NCBI GenBank assembly: GCA_905178155.1
Contig: CAJINV010000012.1
Location: 3,157,144-3,221,143 of the forward strand
Direction of reading: 5' to 3'
DNA length: 64,000 nt
From: Amoebophrya sp. A120
Lineage: Eukaryota > Protista > Dinoflagellata
Position numbers and translations under genes: made by a program. Of the stretch, positions 25,356 through 37,696 are shown piece by piece. A model generated the notes under the pieces. That model made no database searches. It was given only the letters and a program-made list of their open reading frames with translations, and had not been told where the DNA came from. Every line of letters starts with the position of its first letter. Within the stretch, counting starts at the first letter, position 1.

Positions 25356-28300
25356 ATGACTGGTGGCCCAGCACCAGATTCAGAACACGATGAACAACAT
25401 TCCCTTGAGCAGTCCCAGCCTCCGTCCCTCCTGTCGGCGCCATCAGACCCACGACCACCTGCGGCCACAACTAGTACTTCTCACCAAAGCCACCTGCCAG
25501 CCGAAGCCGCGCAACCGGCCGCGCTGGCCAGAGCGCCGCAGGAACCGGTACTTGCAACAAGAGTTCCTCTTGTAAAAAGGGGAGATGTTGAAGAAGAAGA
25601 ACAGGCGGGACGAAGTAGAACGACGAGAGATGAGGAAAGTAAAAATCAATCTGCTCGAAGATCTGTGAGTGGGAAGGACGACGAAGATCCACCTAGTACC
25701 ATCCCCGACAAGAAGATGAAAAAGGACAAGGGAAGTAGTTCTGCTATCGTAGTTTCGACAGGTGAAGGACGATTCCGTGTAGTCGAAAACTTCGATCAGG
25801 TGATTATTGTGAGGAATAATCCCCCCTCCCCATATCGAAAGCGAAATTTGTGTTGCTGTATTTGAGTACACAAATCGCATTTGTCTTGCTGGAGAGGACT
25901 GCAGACCCATATCAAGCCCGAGTTGAGAGGCTTTGACTTAGGCGCTTAGCATGAAAAGCGTCCGCGATGTTGGCTCAACAGCATGACAAACCGCCTCCAT
26001 AATGGGACGGGAGCTGCTGCCCTTGTCTTCTTGCAACACAAACGTGATTCGTGACCTCAAATCAGCATCACAAATTTTCGAGAACCTACCTCTTCAATAT
26101 GGGGAGGGGGGATTTTTCCTTGCGATATACCTTCAGTGGAGGTCAGCATCGCGGTCTCCACCTCGTCGGCTCCAACACGAGGATTGTACGCAAAAAGGCG
26201 GCAGCACAGGAAAAACCATCAATTCGACGAAAATACATGCAGAAGTAGAAGTACTATCAAAAGACGAGGTTGAGGTTGAGCCTCCAGGTCTTCCTGCCGC
26301 TGGTCCACCTTGTCGTACGACGTACCGCTGCCCGGATGAAAATTTTGTTTTGAATAAAAGCGACTACAGTGGCATTCTGGATGTGCGCGAATATATTAAT
26401 TCCGTGGATCATGATGATGTGAAAACAACAACAATAAATGCCAATTGCAACAAGAACGAGGAGGTTGATGCAGTTCCACTTCTATCCCCGACCGAACTCC
26501 TTTCCACCACGCACCTGTTCTGGTTGGGCTACGAGATGGAGGATGAAATAGTAGAGATGAGTAACTACGAGTTCTTGTTGGCAAGAACAAGAATAGAAGA
26601 AGTCGAGGAAATCCGAGACCAGATCTTTTCCCATATGAGAGTGCACAACTCCCCCTCGTCGTCTCCCTCATTTGTGATGCAAAAACCCAAATCCACATCC
26701 TGCCTGTAAGCACCGTGTGCATGACAAATTTTGGAACCACAAACAGCACAACAGTCGGTGTGTAGATTTGTCATGCGCAGGCTTCATTTGAGTTGGGGTC
26801 TGTATTGCTGCTCATACCATACAAATGAGGGGGAGGGGGAGTTGTGCAATCTCATATACCAACCGCTTCCCCTCGAAAATAAGTCCACTGAAGACAGCGG
26901 AACATCAACAACAAGCCAAGTTCGAAGAGTAGAGCCGGGTGTGTTCACGCGTCGCATCCCTTTGTCCGAATTTGTCGCTCCCTCCGCCCTATCAACTGTA
27001 AAAATGTCTGAGTCTGGAAGAATGCCAGACTTGTCATGCAGATTTTACATGACCCCTGAGGTCTGGTATGTAGGACAGAGCATGACAAATTCTGTGAGAG
27101 TTCTATCATGCCTATCCTGCATGAGAAACTGCCTCTCGACTAGGTCAAAAGTGGACAGGTTTTGGTAATCATGCAACACAGATTTTTCCATGATTCAGTA
27201 AAGCATGACAAGTTGCATTCTTCCAGACCCAGACATTTTTACACTTGATACGCCCGGTTCGCAGAGCTGCCACCGCGAGAGAAGAAACTGTTCTTGGTGT
27301 GCGAGAACCGGAGCAAGCTGGACAAAATTGCGGAGTTGTTCGTATTCGGAGGGGGGAAAACAGCAAATCAGGGAAAAAAATCATCAGAGGAGAAGAAGAA
27401 AAACAAAAACATTAAGGAGGCAACGACCAACATGGCGCCAGGACGTGAGGAACAAAGCGAAAGTGGTGCCGCAGAAGTGCGTGCTAATCAAAACAAGGCC
27501 CGCTGCACCAGCTCCACGACCTGCGACACAAATAATTCCTGCACTCCACCGAAAACATTTCACGCCTTCGGTAACGCGCCAATTGAGGTTCTCTTCGTGG
27601 ATGAGTACTTGGAAAAGCAGTGTGGCGGAGGCTTTTATCATCATCTCGCTGCTCCTGCACCTCGTCCGGGAAGAAAATCTATCGAATTGTGGCAGAGACT
27701 GCAAAAGGCGACATGGGATGGATACGCAAAGAAAACCCCCGGTCGTAAGGGTGTTTTCTCATCATCTTCTGGTCCTGTACCAGAGAAGACACAATATCCT
27801 CCTCCGCAGGAATACCATGATTATTCGGTGGAGAATAAAGTGAAAGATTCACTAACTTGCGGAGGAAATAGAAAAATCGATGAGGAGGTAGTGGATTGTA
27901 CTAGTGCAGCTGATGCAGAAGTTGTCCTGGAAGCAGGACGAGGTTCTAGCACCACCACCACAACCGATCTTGCGTCGAACATCAAAGTCCGCAAATTAGA
28001 CAGGAACGATGGCGCGGCGGGCGGAACGGGAACAAGTACTAGAAACGACCTCGTCCTCGCAGGAGCTCCTCCTATTGTAGAAATAGTTGACAACAAAAAC
28101 AATACAGATGGGACTTTTGTGTTTTCAGTTCCTCCCCCCACGACGACCTCCGACTCGACGAATCCCAAAAATTCGACGACCAGCAGTAGTGGTTTTTCTA
28201 CTACTGAAACGACCCTTTTCAACATCAAAAAACAGAAGTTCTGGAAAAGCAATTGTACCAACATAAAAATTCCGACGGTTCTGTGGCAACCAAACCCGGT

Positions 28301-29871
28301 TTTTCCGGAGTATTGGAAGCTGATGCTTGAGAAGGATTTCTTTTCAGCAATTCCAACACGACCAACATGTAACATAATTTTCGGAAACGGCACCGAGAAA
28401 GAACGGCAAGATGAACTCGGCTACAACTTCCTCTTGGAGGAAACCCCCGAGGTGGACCCCCCGGAGCGGACCTTATCAAATGCAAAAATGTCTGGGTCTG
28501 GAAGAATGCAAGACTTGTCATGCATACTTCTCATGACCCATGATGCCTGTAATGCTTGACCTAGCATCGCAGACTTTTAGAGGGCTTCTTGATGCACCTT
28601 CCGCATGAGAAACGCCCTGTCCGTGTAGCCCTTCTGCCAACTTGCTGGTCATGCAATACAAACTTTTTTACAGTTCAAAAACAGCATGACAAGTTGCAAT
28701 TTTCCAGACCCAGACATTTTTACAATCCATAGACCTTCCTCGCCATCGATCTCGGGTGCGGTAGCGGGCGGGACTGCGTCTGTATCAAATGTAAAAATGT
28801 CCTCTGGGTCTGGAAACTTGTGATGCTGGGTGGCGTATCATGAAGAGGCCACATGTGCTGGCTCAGCATGACAAGTTTCTGAGCTCCTAGGTGTTGCCTA
28901 TTCTGCATGACAAACTGCGCTTCTGCATCACAGAAAAACGGAGCTCTTGGGTAACGTGCATGACAGATCTAAGAGTCATGCCAGACAAGCATGACAAACA
29001 GGAATTCTTCCAGACCCAGACATTTTTACACTTGATAGTCAGGCTGGCGAGGCAGTTCGAACAAATGCAGCTTTATTCGCAGCTCGTCTCTGATTTTTCA
29101 AAACTGCCTGCTAGTAGCACTTCTTCTTCGACTACACAGATGAAGATGAAAAACGCAGTACACATAATCGGGATCGACTCCGTGCCGAAAACGGTGAAGC
29201 GGGCCTGTGAGTTTGCGAAGGTCCATGGGTACTATGCGCGTGGTCACAGTCTCAGTCGGGACGACGATGAAGATCATGCGCAGGAGCAAATAGAACTACA
29301 ATCGAGGCAGCGGAAAGAACTACTCCGAAATATTAAAGCACCGTCGAAAGCTCCTGGTCAGCACCTTTGTTCACCGCGCCCGCATGTGCACATCGAGTTC
29401 CTGCTGGGAAACATTGTGGACCTTCTCGTAGCTTGTCGTGATAGTGATCAAAGTACTTGTTCATCTAAAAAGGAGGACAAAAATAAAGAAGGCAATCCTC
29501 ATCTCGCTTCGACGTTCCTGAACAAAGGCTACTTCCACCGCGCGGACCTGGTGGTAGTGTCCCGAACCCAGATTGTTCTCCCGCGGGAGAAGCGGATCCG
29601 GTTGGTGAAAAACCTGCTGAAAAACGATGGAACGGGGGTGGTTGTGTACCACCACTTTGTGCAGCCGTGCAGCCACCCCAAGGAGGGGGTACTGGAAAAA
29701 ACGGAGCTGGCGGAGGATTTTTCGGGCAAAAACGGCTTCGAGATTTTGGTAAACCGGGAGATTACCTTGCCCGAGGACGGAAGAAAGTTGAGCTGCTTCA
29801 TCGCGCGGAAGGAAAGTGTCAAGTCTACTTCTTTGTGGTCGTCGTCTTTTGGATTTGCCGGTTTTGCTTAA
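25356..29871 (+). CDS. Class I SAM-dependent methyltransferase with a probable degenerate rhodanese-like N-terminal region and long low-complexity insertions
   Basis: Motif I FLAIDLGCGSGRDCVWLARQ assembled from a 51-nt exon between two elements; IIGIDSV motif; upstream ILDVRE and RIPLSEF...RFAELPPREKKLFLVC resemble rhodanese. Confidence 0.75.
25805..26127. mobile_element. Family B element filling a GT-AG intron (25800-26136); no DR
   Basis: TIRs intact; flanks GTGAT and TACCTTCAG. Confidence 0.85.
26634..26856. mobile_element. Introner-like element family F
   Basis: TIRs; DR TCCCA/TACCA. Confidence 0.88.
26990..27250. mobile_element. Introner-like element family A
   Basis: TIRs; DR CGCCC. 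Confidence 0.9.
28474..28731. mobile_element. Introner-like element family A
   Basis: TIRs; DR GACCT. Confidence 0.9.
28783..29037. mobile_element. Introner-like element family A
   Basis: TIRs; DR GTCTG/GTCAG. Confidence 0.9.
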
Positions 29872-30897
29872 TATCAAAATGAGTTTTTTTGCTCACAACA
29901 ACTGCTGTTGCTGTGCTCCTGTGTTGAGCTGAGCTGCCAGGATGCGTGGTTGAAATTGTACTCGATGAAATTATAGATGTCGCATTTTATTACCATGCAT
30001 GTATTTTGATTGAATATCCTCGAACGACACTTACCAAAGAGCGGCAAACTGTGAAACGGCGACAATTGAACTTGATGAACTCTTGGAAACTATTATACTT
30101 GTAAAAGCTATCTCCAATGAAAATGATGAAGAAACCGAACGTGGTGACAACGAACGACAAGTGTGCGCCAAAACCGCTTTCCTTCCACGCACGACGGATA
30201 ACTCTGTGATCCGCGGAAGCGGTGTGAAAATTGCTCTGTTCTCATTTGGCTGTGCAGCTTACTATAATTTCGTGTCCATTTGAAGATAGTGCTATTTCTT
30301 GCGTGTCAGTCTGGTTTTTATCGTGTCTACTCGTGAGAGCAAGGTGAACAATGGCAGCAGGTGGTTTTTGTTAGACAAAAAAGAAAGAAGTCCTTCTGCC
30401 AACCTGAAAAAGCGACAATATTTCTTGAGCGATGATTTTTCTCTTACTGTCAGACAGGCGAAGATGCAAAGAGAAGAACTATGGTACCTAATACATACAT
30501 AGACAACTTCTACAAGGCTTCTTTGCTGTGTCGTGTTACACGATACTCCGCATCAAAGTTATCTTGTACTCAACTTACAAATTTTGATGTTCTTGTCATG
30601 CACGATACGAGTACGATATGTCTGGTTCTCTCTGAAAACTGCAGCCTCCATGAGAATCGGAACGCTTCTGCTTCAAACCTGTCACAGCTTCTGTGGGCGG
30701 AAGAAGATGAAAATAACTACCACAGTTTTCTTGCGTCAATAACCAGCAAATAAAAGTCAACCACTTAGATAGATATCAGATAGATATCTGGCTCTGGCAA
30801 AAATTTTAGCAAGGACTACACGAGTTATTGTGAAGAACTACTATAACTTAGACAACGCTGGAAGTAGGAGAACTGCAAGGCTCCATTATCAGGAAAG

Positions 30898-33867
30898 ATG
30901 CAACAGCGGTACTCCGCCACGCCGGGCGTGATGATGCCGCAAATAGGCGCCGCGGTTCCCCGGCAGCACCAGAAGCAGCAGAGGGCACTGGTAATTATAT
31001 GGAGACGGCTGATAATGTTGAGTTGTCCTGACTGGGGCTGTTGCACTTGTATCAGAACATTTTGTACATTTTCATGGTCCACTACTTCTTGCCGGTGCGC
31101 GGTGCCAGCACAGCCACTCCCATGCAAGACCGTAAAGAAAGAATTTTGTCATGCGAAAAATTAATACGTTGTCGATGCAGCTGGTGCTGGATCATATTCT
31201 TGAACGAAACACGACGAATCGAAATGAATTTTCAGGTCGGTTTCCAGAACGTGTCAAAGTTCGTTCCACCATCCTACGAGGGCGTGCAGCCGGACCAGCT
31301 CCCGTGCCCGGATACGCCATATCCCACGAAAAACGCGTTTCGTTGTGACAATTTAATTTAGCGGAGGAGTTTGCATGAAAAATCACAAGACGAAAAGTAT
31401 TTGTCAAGTGCAGGTTTGTTTCCCGGAAGCTAGAAATGAATGCAAGAGTAGTACCGTGCATCATTGATGCACGGAACTACTCTTGCATGTGTACTGCAAT
31501 TATACCAATACGTGCTTGTGGTCTCCTGATGTGTTCCATTTCCATTCTATGCATCACAAATTCACAGAGAAGCTGCAGTTTGTTCCTCCCATACGCCAAG
31601 TCCCAGAAGTAATGGCTCGCCCGAAGAAGAGGGTATCGTGAGAAAAAACTGTCTCAGTCTTAATAAACCTTTGCAGACTCACCAATAGAAATGTGCTCAA
31701 CAGCATGACCCGGAAAATTGTAACCTGTGATGCGTTTACACCACAGCAAGAGAAATAAACACATACATAGATCTGAAAGAATAGTTTCCTGGATCTCCAG
31801 CATGACAAAAATCTGTCTCTAGGAAGTTTCGCATTACAAGTTGAGACTCTGACACCGTTTTTTCTTGCGATAGAGGACGCTGAGCAGTTACACGACAACT
31901 ATGAGCGTGCACAATATTACATCTTCCCCCTCGTCTTCTTCATTTAGAGAGCAAAAGTAGCAACAGAAGTGGTAGCAAAAATGCAGTTTCTGCATGACAA
32001 ACTTACAGCAGGACAACTTCTGTAGTAAGTGCCTACCATGTAGTGGGCTCCTGTCATGCATAAGAATGACAAAAGAACACATACACAGCTGGAGTTGCGA
32101 TTTTACGATGAGAAATAAGAATATTAAAAGGGGACGACAAGAACTATCCATGCACTCTCATAGCAACCAGAACAACTACACAAAAGCGAGTGAGAAGCTG
32201 ATGGACCAGAAACCACCACAGCATGCATATTCTGGAGGCAGCCGTAAAAGTTTTATTTTGCATTGCCTCAATTTTGTTCTCTTTCCAGTATCTTTTTGCA
32301 GGAATGATCAATGACACGAGTAAATTATGCGAAGATCATTTATCACGGCGGCAAGGACTGGACCTACGGCTACGTCATGTTTATGCACCAGAAGAAATAC
32401 TGGAGTCACTTTGCAACTTACACGACAAAAACAGGAGCGCACGGTAGCAGGCAAGGGAGAGAACCGGAGCAGGACCACTACAACCAGCACCCAAAATATG
32501 GAGGCGTCAGAATCGAAATTGACAAAGTCGAAAAATTTGTGATGCACAAAATTGATGCCAGTTGGGGCCTCAGTTTCTAAGTGGCGTATGACAAATTTCG
32601 GGAGTAAGTACCCACATCCAGTTTGTCCTGCTGTTTGGGCAAAGAAGACTGCTCCTTTCGTGCTACTCTGGCAGCACATTATCTACCCCGAAGCCACAGG
32701 CTTGCATTTGCCTTCTACCCACTACAGGCCTTGCGTGCCCTAAGTACATTTTATGCATCATAAATTATTCGATTTTGTCGATTTCGATTCTGACACTTCC
32801 ATATAAAAATCATAAATGGACAGGAGGTTTTCCCGCCCGGAACGTTTGTCGAGTATAGTGTGCGTGTCATGTTGCAGTTGCACATAGGAAATAATGCATG
32901 ACAGCTGCTTTCCCTTTGCTTCTATCCGCAGCTTGCATGCATTCTGGCATGACAAATGATTTTATTTTTCACCTCCCACCAGGTACCGTTCGCGAACAAT
33001 GCAGAACCGGTGGATCTTGGCAAAGGTCGAGTCATTCGATGACAAGAACCGGGTGTACAGACTAGACGTCCAGCCTAAAGCGCCCATGGACCGGGTAAGG
33101 CTACGGGAAAACAAGGACGAGACAGGGGTAGTGCAGCAAAGGCACTCCGACCACGCGGCGGGTGGCATAGTACCACAGCACGGCGGTATAGAAGTAAAGC
33201 TCTTGCCGAATGACGTGACCGTGAGGAACTTCTCTATTGCGCATGGCAGATTTACTCATGTTAGCTGTCTCTTCATGTGATGAACATGAACTGCCAATGA
33301 TTTATGATTATCAGGTGACCAGCAGGCAGGCAACGTCCAGCCCGAGGTAAGTCCACTGCACGAGCCGCTAGACCTACGCATTGCAAATATGTCTGGGTCT
33401 GGAAGCTTGTGATGCTAGTTTGTGAATTATTTATCGTGGGCGCACTGCAATAAGCAGCCACGCGTGACTAGTCCCTGGGCTTCTTTTGTGTTTCGCTTTC
33501 CGCATGACAAACTGCACAGTGCAGATTCAAGAGTCAACATATGAGACAAGCATGACAAACTTGCACAAATTTCCAGACCCAGACATGTTTGAATTTGATA
33601 AGACCCCGTGGGAGACGACAATCGAGCAATGTCGCACGACCAGGTTTATCGTTTTTTGTCATGCATAGAATTCATCATGCAGTTAGTAGCAGTGGGATTT
33701 TTATCATGCACAGTTGCAACACAACAAAAATCAAAATAAAATACGCAAGCTACACCAATAAATCACGACAGCTCCTGCAAAAGTGCCGGGACCTGGAGCT
33801 TACCAATGCAAAGATCATGGAAGAGAATCGGGAATTGAAATCACAGCTGGACTTACGAAATTTTTGA
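30898..33867 (+). CDS. Hypothetical protein with a small beta-barrel (Tudor/SH3-like) module and C-terminal coiled coil; 5 TIR elements and several GT-AG introns; one junction near 32190-32310 unresolved
   Basis: EVFPPGTFVE|YRSRTMQNRWILAKVESFDDKNRVYRLDVQPKAPMDRVRLR; ends LLQKCRDLELTNAKIMEENRELKSQLDLRNF*. Confidence 0.55.
31320..31593. mobile_element. Introner-like element, degenerate singleton
   Basis: TAT..ATA ends, weak TIR; DR CGCCA. Confidence 0.75.
31634..31872. mobile_element. Introner-like element, family D-like
   Basis: TIRs; DR GAGGG/GAGGA. Confidence 0.85.
31900..32162. mobile_element. Introner-like element family F, degenerate
   Basis: TATGAGCGTGCA / TGCACTCTCATA; DR ACAAC/GCAAC. 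Confidence 0.8.
32497..32803. mobile_element. Introner-like element family G
   Basis: Long TIRs; DR CAAAA/TAAAA. Confidence 0.9.
33375..33600. mobile_element. Introner-like element family A, TAC left end
   Basis: TIRs; DR AGACC. Confidence 0.88.
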
Positions 33868-34072
33868 AAACACAATAGCACTATGTGTATTAATCCTGCA
33901 TGACAAAACTACCCTGATACCTGATGCAGCATGACAAGTTGGGACTTCTTTCGTTTTATTCACCTTGCGGAAATCATTTGTGATGCTGGATCGTCGTGGT
34001 CAACAGTTTTACAGCGTTCGTGTCATTGTGTTTTCCAACTGCCATATCACAAGGAGAAGTCCCGTAGTCGAG

Positions 34073-34358
34073 TATCCTAATTAAAAACGTACCCACACCA
34101 GAGTTGTGATGCAGATTTGCAAAGACAGGAAGACTTGTAATGCGCATCCCCATGAGTATGAGAGCCATTTCCACTCGTGTTTTGGAATTTGCGACTCTGT
34201 GAACAGGATGAGCAGATGAATTTGAGATCCGGCTGCACTTGCTAACCTGCACTACACTGCATAGCGCAACTTGTCATGCGTGACTCACAAAGCCCCTAGG
34301 TTTGTGTTGCAAAATCCTCACCCTGACTCTGGTGTGGGTACGTTTTTGACTCAGGATA
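34073..34358. mobile_element. Family C element, host gene unclear
   Basis: TIRs; DR TCGAG. Confidence 0.9.
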
Positions 34359-34841
34359 TCGAGCTCTGGAAGCACAGCTTTCGGGGAGGTAGGTAAAAAC
34401 CAGAAATGATGAGTAGACGGGGTCACGGACGACAATCAACGATGAAGCAGTGGAGGTACCTCCGGTTGTACTATCGAGCTTTTCGTCCGCATTCCCATGA
34501 TCACTTTCTATTCTTGTGTGATGGCAATAGTGAATACAGCCTCATCATCAAAGTCAACGCGCTTCTTCGCAAAAAGTTTAGTGGAGCGAGCATTCTTAAT
34601 ATTTATCATCGAAAATACAGACACAGATGAGATCGTCCCTATTCAACAACAAACAACAAACCATATTAAACCATATTTTTTCGTGCAGAAAATTCTTTTT
34701 TACCGGTAAATACCTTTTATAGTTTATGTCAATCAGACCTTATCAGGAAAAAAAATTCCTTGTCGCCAACCGTTTTATGCTACACAGCAGCTTCGCGTGG
34801 GGTTGAGAAGTGGACTTGTTTACTAGTTTTATGTCGCAACA

Positions 34842-35052
34842 TATCGCAAGAAAAAAGTGTTACAGTTACACATTGTGTTGCAAGATCGGCAACACAGACA
34901 ACCTTTCTCATGCAGGAAATGCTTAGGAAGCGGGTTTCCTTCCGGTTTTCCCTTATGATCTTCGCATTACAAGTTTTCTCTGTCACACAGAGAAAATATG
35001 TGACGCAGAAACTCCAACAAATGTGTAACTGTAACACTTTTTTCTCACGATA
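34842..35052. mobile_element. Family D element, host gene unclear
   Basis: TIR about 30 bp; DR CAACA. Confidence 0.9.
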
Positions 35053-35849
35053 CAACAAGATGAAAGCAGCAGGTGGAAGATTGTGAAAGGGGCGCAATAA
35101 ACTACTTGTTGTACTACATCCAGGAGAGGTGATGTTGTTGAGACCTGTGGTTAAGTAAGATTTGAAAACAAAAGGAGCTTTGTTCTGCTGTGAAACTGTC
35201 GCGCCTTTGTGGTCTCGCATGCTATGTACGCTGAAATTGAGCCTTTGATGATATCAAAACTTTACATGTTGGAAGTGATAAAGAGCGCGCACTGTGGTCT
35301 GTTGTATCCAAACTCGAGAATTAAGCCATTTCTACAAACAATTTTTGGTACATTTATTTGGAATACAGTTATTTGGTGAGGATACTTCTATTTGGAGACT
35401 AGATTTATTTTTCTCTCGCGCGAGCAGTACAAGAACGAACTGTTGCGTTAAACTTAAAACGCTTGTTTATCTTCTTCCAAGCGCCTTTGGTGCTGGCAAC
35501 TGTTTTGCTCTTGCTGCAACTGCGGGAAGAGATACAATTGAAAACTCTGAATGGAACAACGTCTTGCTCTCGGGAAGCAGAACAGCACTGAATTTGTACG
35601 CATGCGAAATGAATATCAACAATGCTGCTGGAGGACCTACCGTGTCGGCGCCAAAATTTTGAATTTTTTTTCATCCAAACTACAGATGAAGAAAAGAATC
35701 ACTAGTGGTTGACAGGCGTAGACGTACCAGCCTCGATTGAAAGGAGGGGTCCTATGGGGCGGCGTTCTGAATAGCATGCGGCTTATGGTGTTCGGATGAT
35801 GTGGGTGTCGTTTTTTTTTCTCGTCAATGTTGAGGCCGGTAAGCTAAAG

Positions 35850-37560
35850 CTTGCGCTCATCTTTGAACCGAAGCCGCCCAGACGGCTGGCACGCAGTTGC
35901 ATGGGGTAGACGGATGGGAAGTGGGGCCGCATTCCGTCGCGGGCCGGTGTGTCGGACTGTGGGCCGCTGCATTTCGTGGGGTCGCCAGCCTGGTCCGGGC
36001 GAAGGAGCGCGGGCGCGGGCCTTTTCGTGGTGCGTCTGACTGTGGGCGGCGTTTTCCCTAGCGCATTCAGACAAAGCCACAGCTCCAAAAAAGCTGGCTC
36101 AGGGCGCGCATGTTCGGGACGGTTTTGGCAATGGCCCCGAAGATCGGGCAAGCCGGAGGCTACTCCCCTTGCGCGGGAATACGTCGGACGTGCGCCGCCT
36201 GCACGTATCCCGGGGCCCTGCCTTGGCGAATTGGCCGGGGCGCGGGGCGAGGGCCCGCTGCTGGGGGACGGATTGGTGCCCCGCCGCGCGCCCCCGGTTG
36301 CGTTCGCGCAAACGGCGGCGAAGCGGGCGAGGCAGTACGAGCGCGCGCCCCCAGAGAAGGAGCGCCGCGCCGCTCGCGCATGGTTCCGGCCCGCTAGCGA
36401 ATTGCCCGCGCGGCCAGGGGTATCACAGGCGCAGCATTGGGGGGGCGATTGCCACTGTGCTGCTACCCGAGGGGGCCGGTCTTTTGCCGCGCGGGGCCCA
36501 GCCGGTCGGCCGTCCGGGCTCGCTGAGCCAGAGCGGCGGCCCCGCGCCGCGGCGTCTGTCATCGTGGCGCCCTTTTCGTATGAGGAGACGCCTGCTTCGA
36601 GTGGCTTTGCAGACGGGGCTCTCAAGCAGGGCAGCAGGGTCGTCGGAATGTGCTCGAGCCTAATGCATGACACTGCAGGCGTGCCCCTTGTCGCGCAGCC
36701 AATCGACGGAGGAGCCACGAGCTTCTTCACTCCAAGCATTAGCGCCGCGCTGACAGGGTGCACCAGACGCCGCCAAGGGGGGGCGGGAGGGTCCAGCCAA
36801 AAAAAAATATAAAATTATGGCCCGCCCCAGCTGGTCTTGGACGCGGGTGCATTAATCAGCGAAATCGAAATGCTCACCGGCGGCGTTTCCTTGCGTGCGA
36901 AAGAACACGCCGGGCCCAAATGGGGCCGGCCCGTCGGTCCGGCCGCCCGGGCCGGTTGCCAGCCTTGGCCTTCCTGTTGCGGCTTCCTTCGGAGACTTGC
37001 GAAGCAAGCACGCGCGGGGGCGCTTGGCTGCGTTTCGCCCCTGGTGTGCCGGCCGCGCTTATCAAGCTGCCCGCGCGCGGGGCTACGGCGGCCTGCGCCC
37101 GCGTGGGCGCGCCCCGTGCCTCTTTATGGGCCCCCGGTCTGTCCGGCCCTGCGCCCCGTGTGCTTCGGGGCCCGCCCCGCTGCTGTGACTACTCACGCTG
37201 TCGCTCTCAGGGGCGCCGCGGCCGCGCTGCGTACCCACGCACGAACGCATCGCGCCCGGCCCGAAGGGGCGCCGCTTGCTAGCTCGCCTGTGCGACCGGC
37301 AGGCTGGGCCGCGCCCGGGCTATTGCCTGTTCCGCCAGCCACGTTTGGAATTGAAAGCAAGTTTTTGTTTTTCAGAAATGCAAAGCATGCGCGCCCCGCC
37401 TCTGCCCTCCCCGCGCCGTGGCGCGCCGCCTCCATGCGGCCTTGTGAGCTGCCGTTGTCATCACGTGTTCCCGGCTACCGCAGATACACTCTGCGTCGTC
37501 TTTGGTCTATGGCGCCCGTGTTGCGACGAGGCAGCGGCAGCGCAGTCACTGGGGTTGCTG
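35850..37560. other. GC-rich compositional island without TIR elements or recognisable gene
   Basis: Visibly much more GC-rich than flanks (roughly 70% by eye); long ORFs on both strands are Ala/Arg/Gly/Pro-rich. Confidence 0.6.
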
Positions 37561-37696
37561 GTTCATCTACACACTTGCACAACTTCGTTTTTTGATTTGT
37601 TTTAGATTGCAATATCCACATTTGTTGGCGGCGGGCTTCTTACTTTCATATCATCGTCATTACATCAACACACACCAAATCCAAAGCACGAAGGAA

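Noticed and set aside
35783-37595. ORFs of 326, 287 and 252 aa
   Set aside because: Overlapping on both strands and Ala/Arg/Gly/Pro-rich as expected from high GC; no motif recognised
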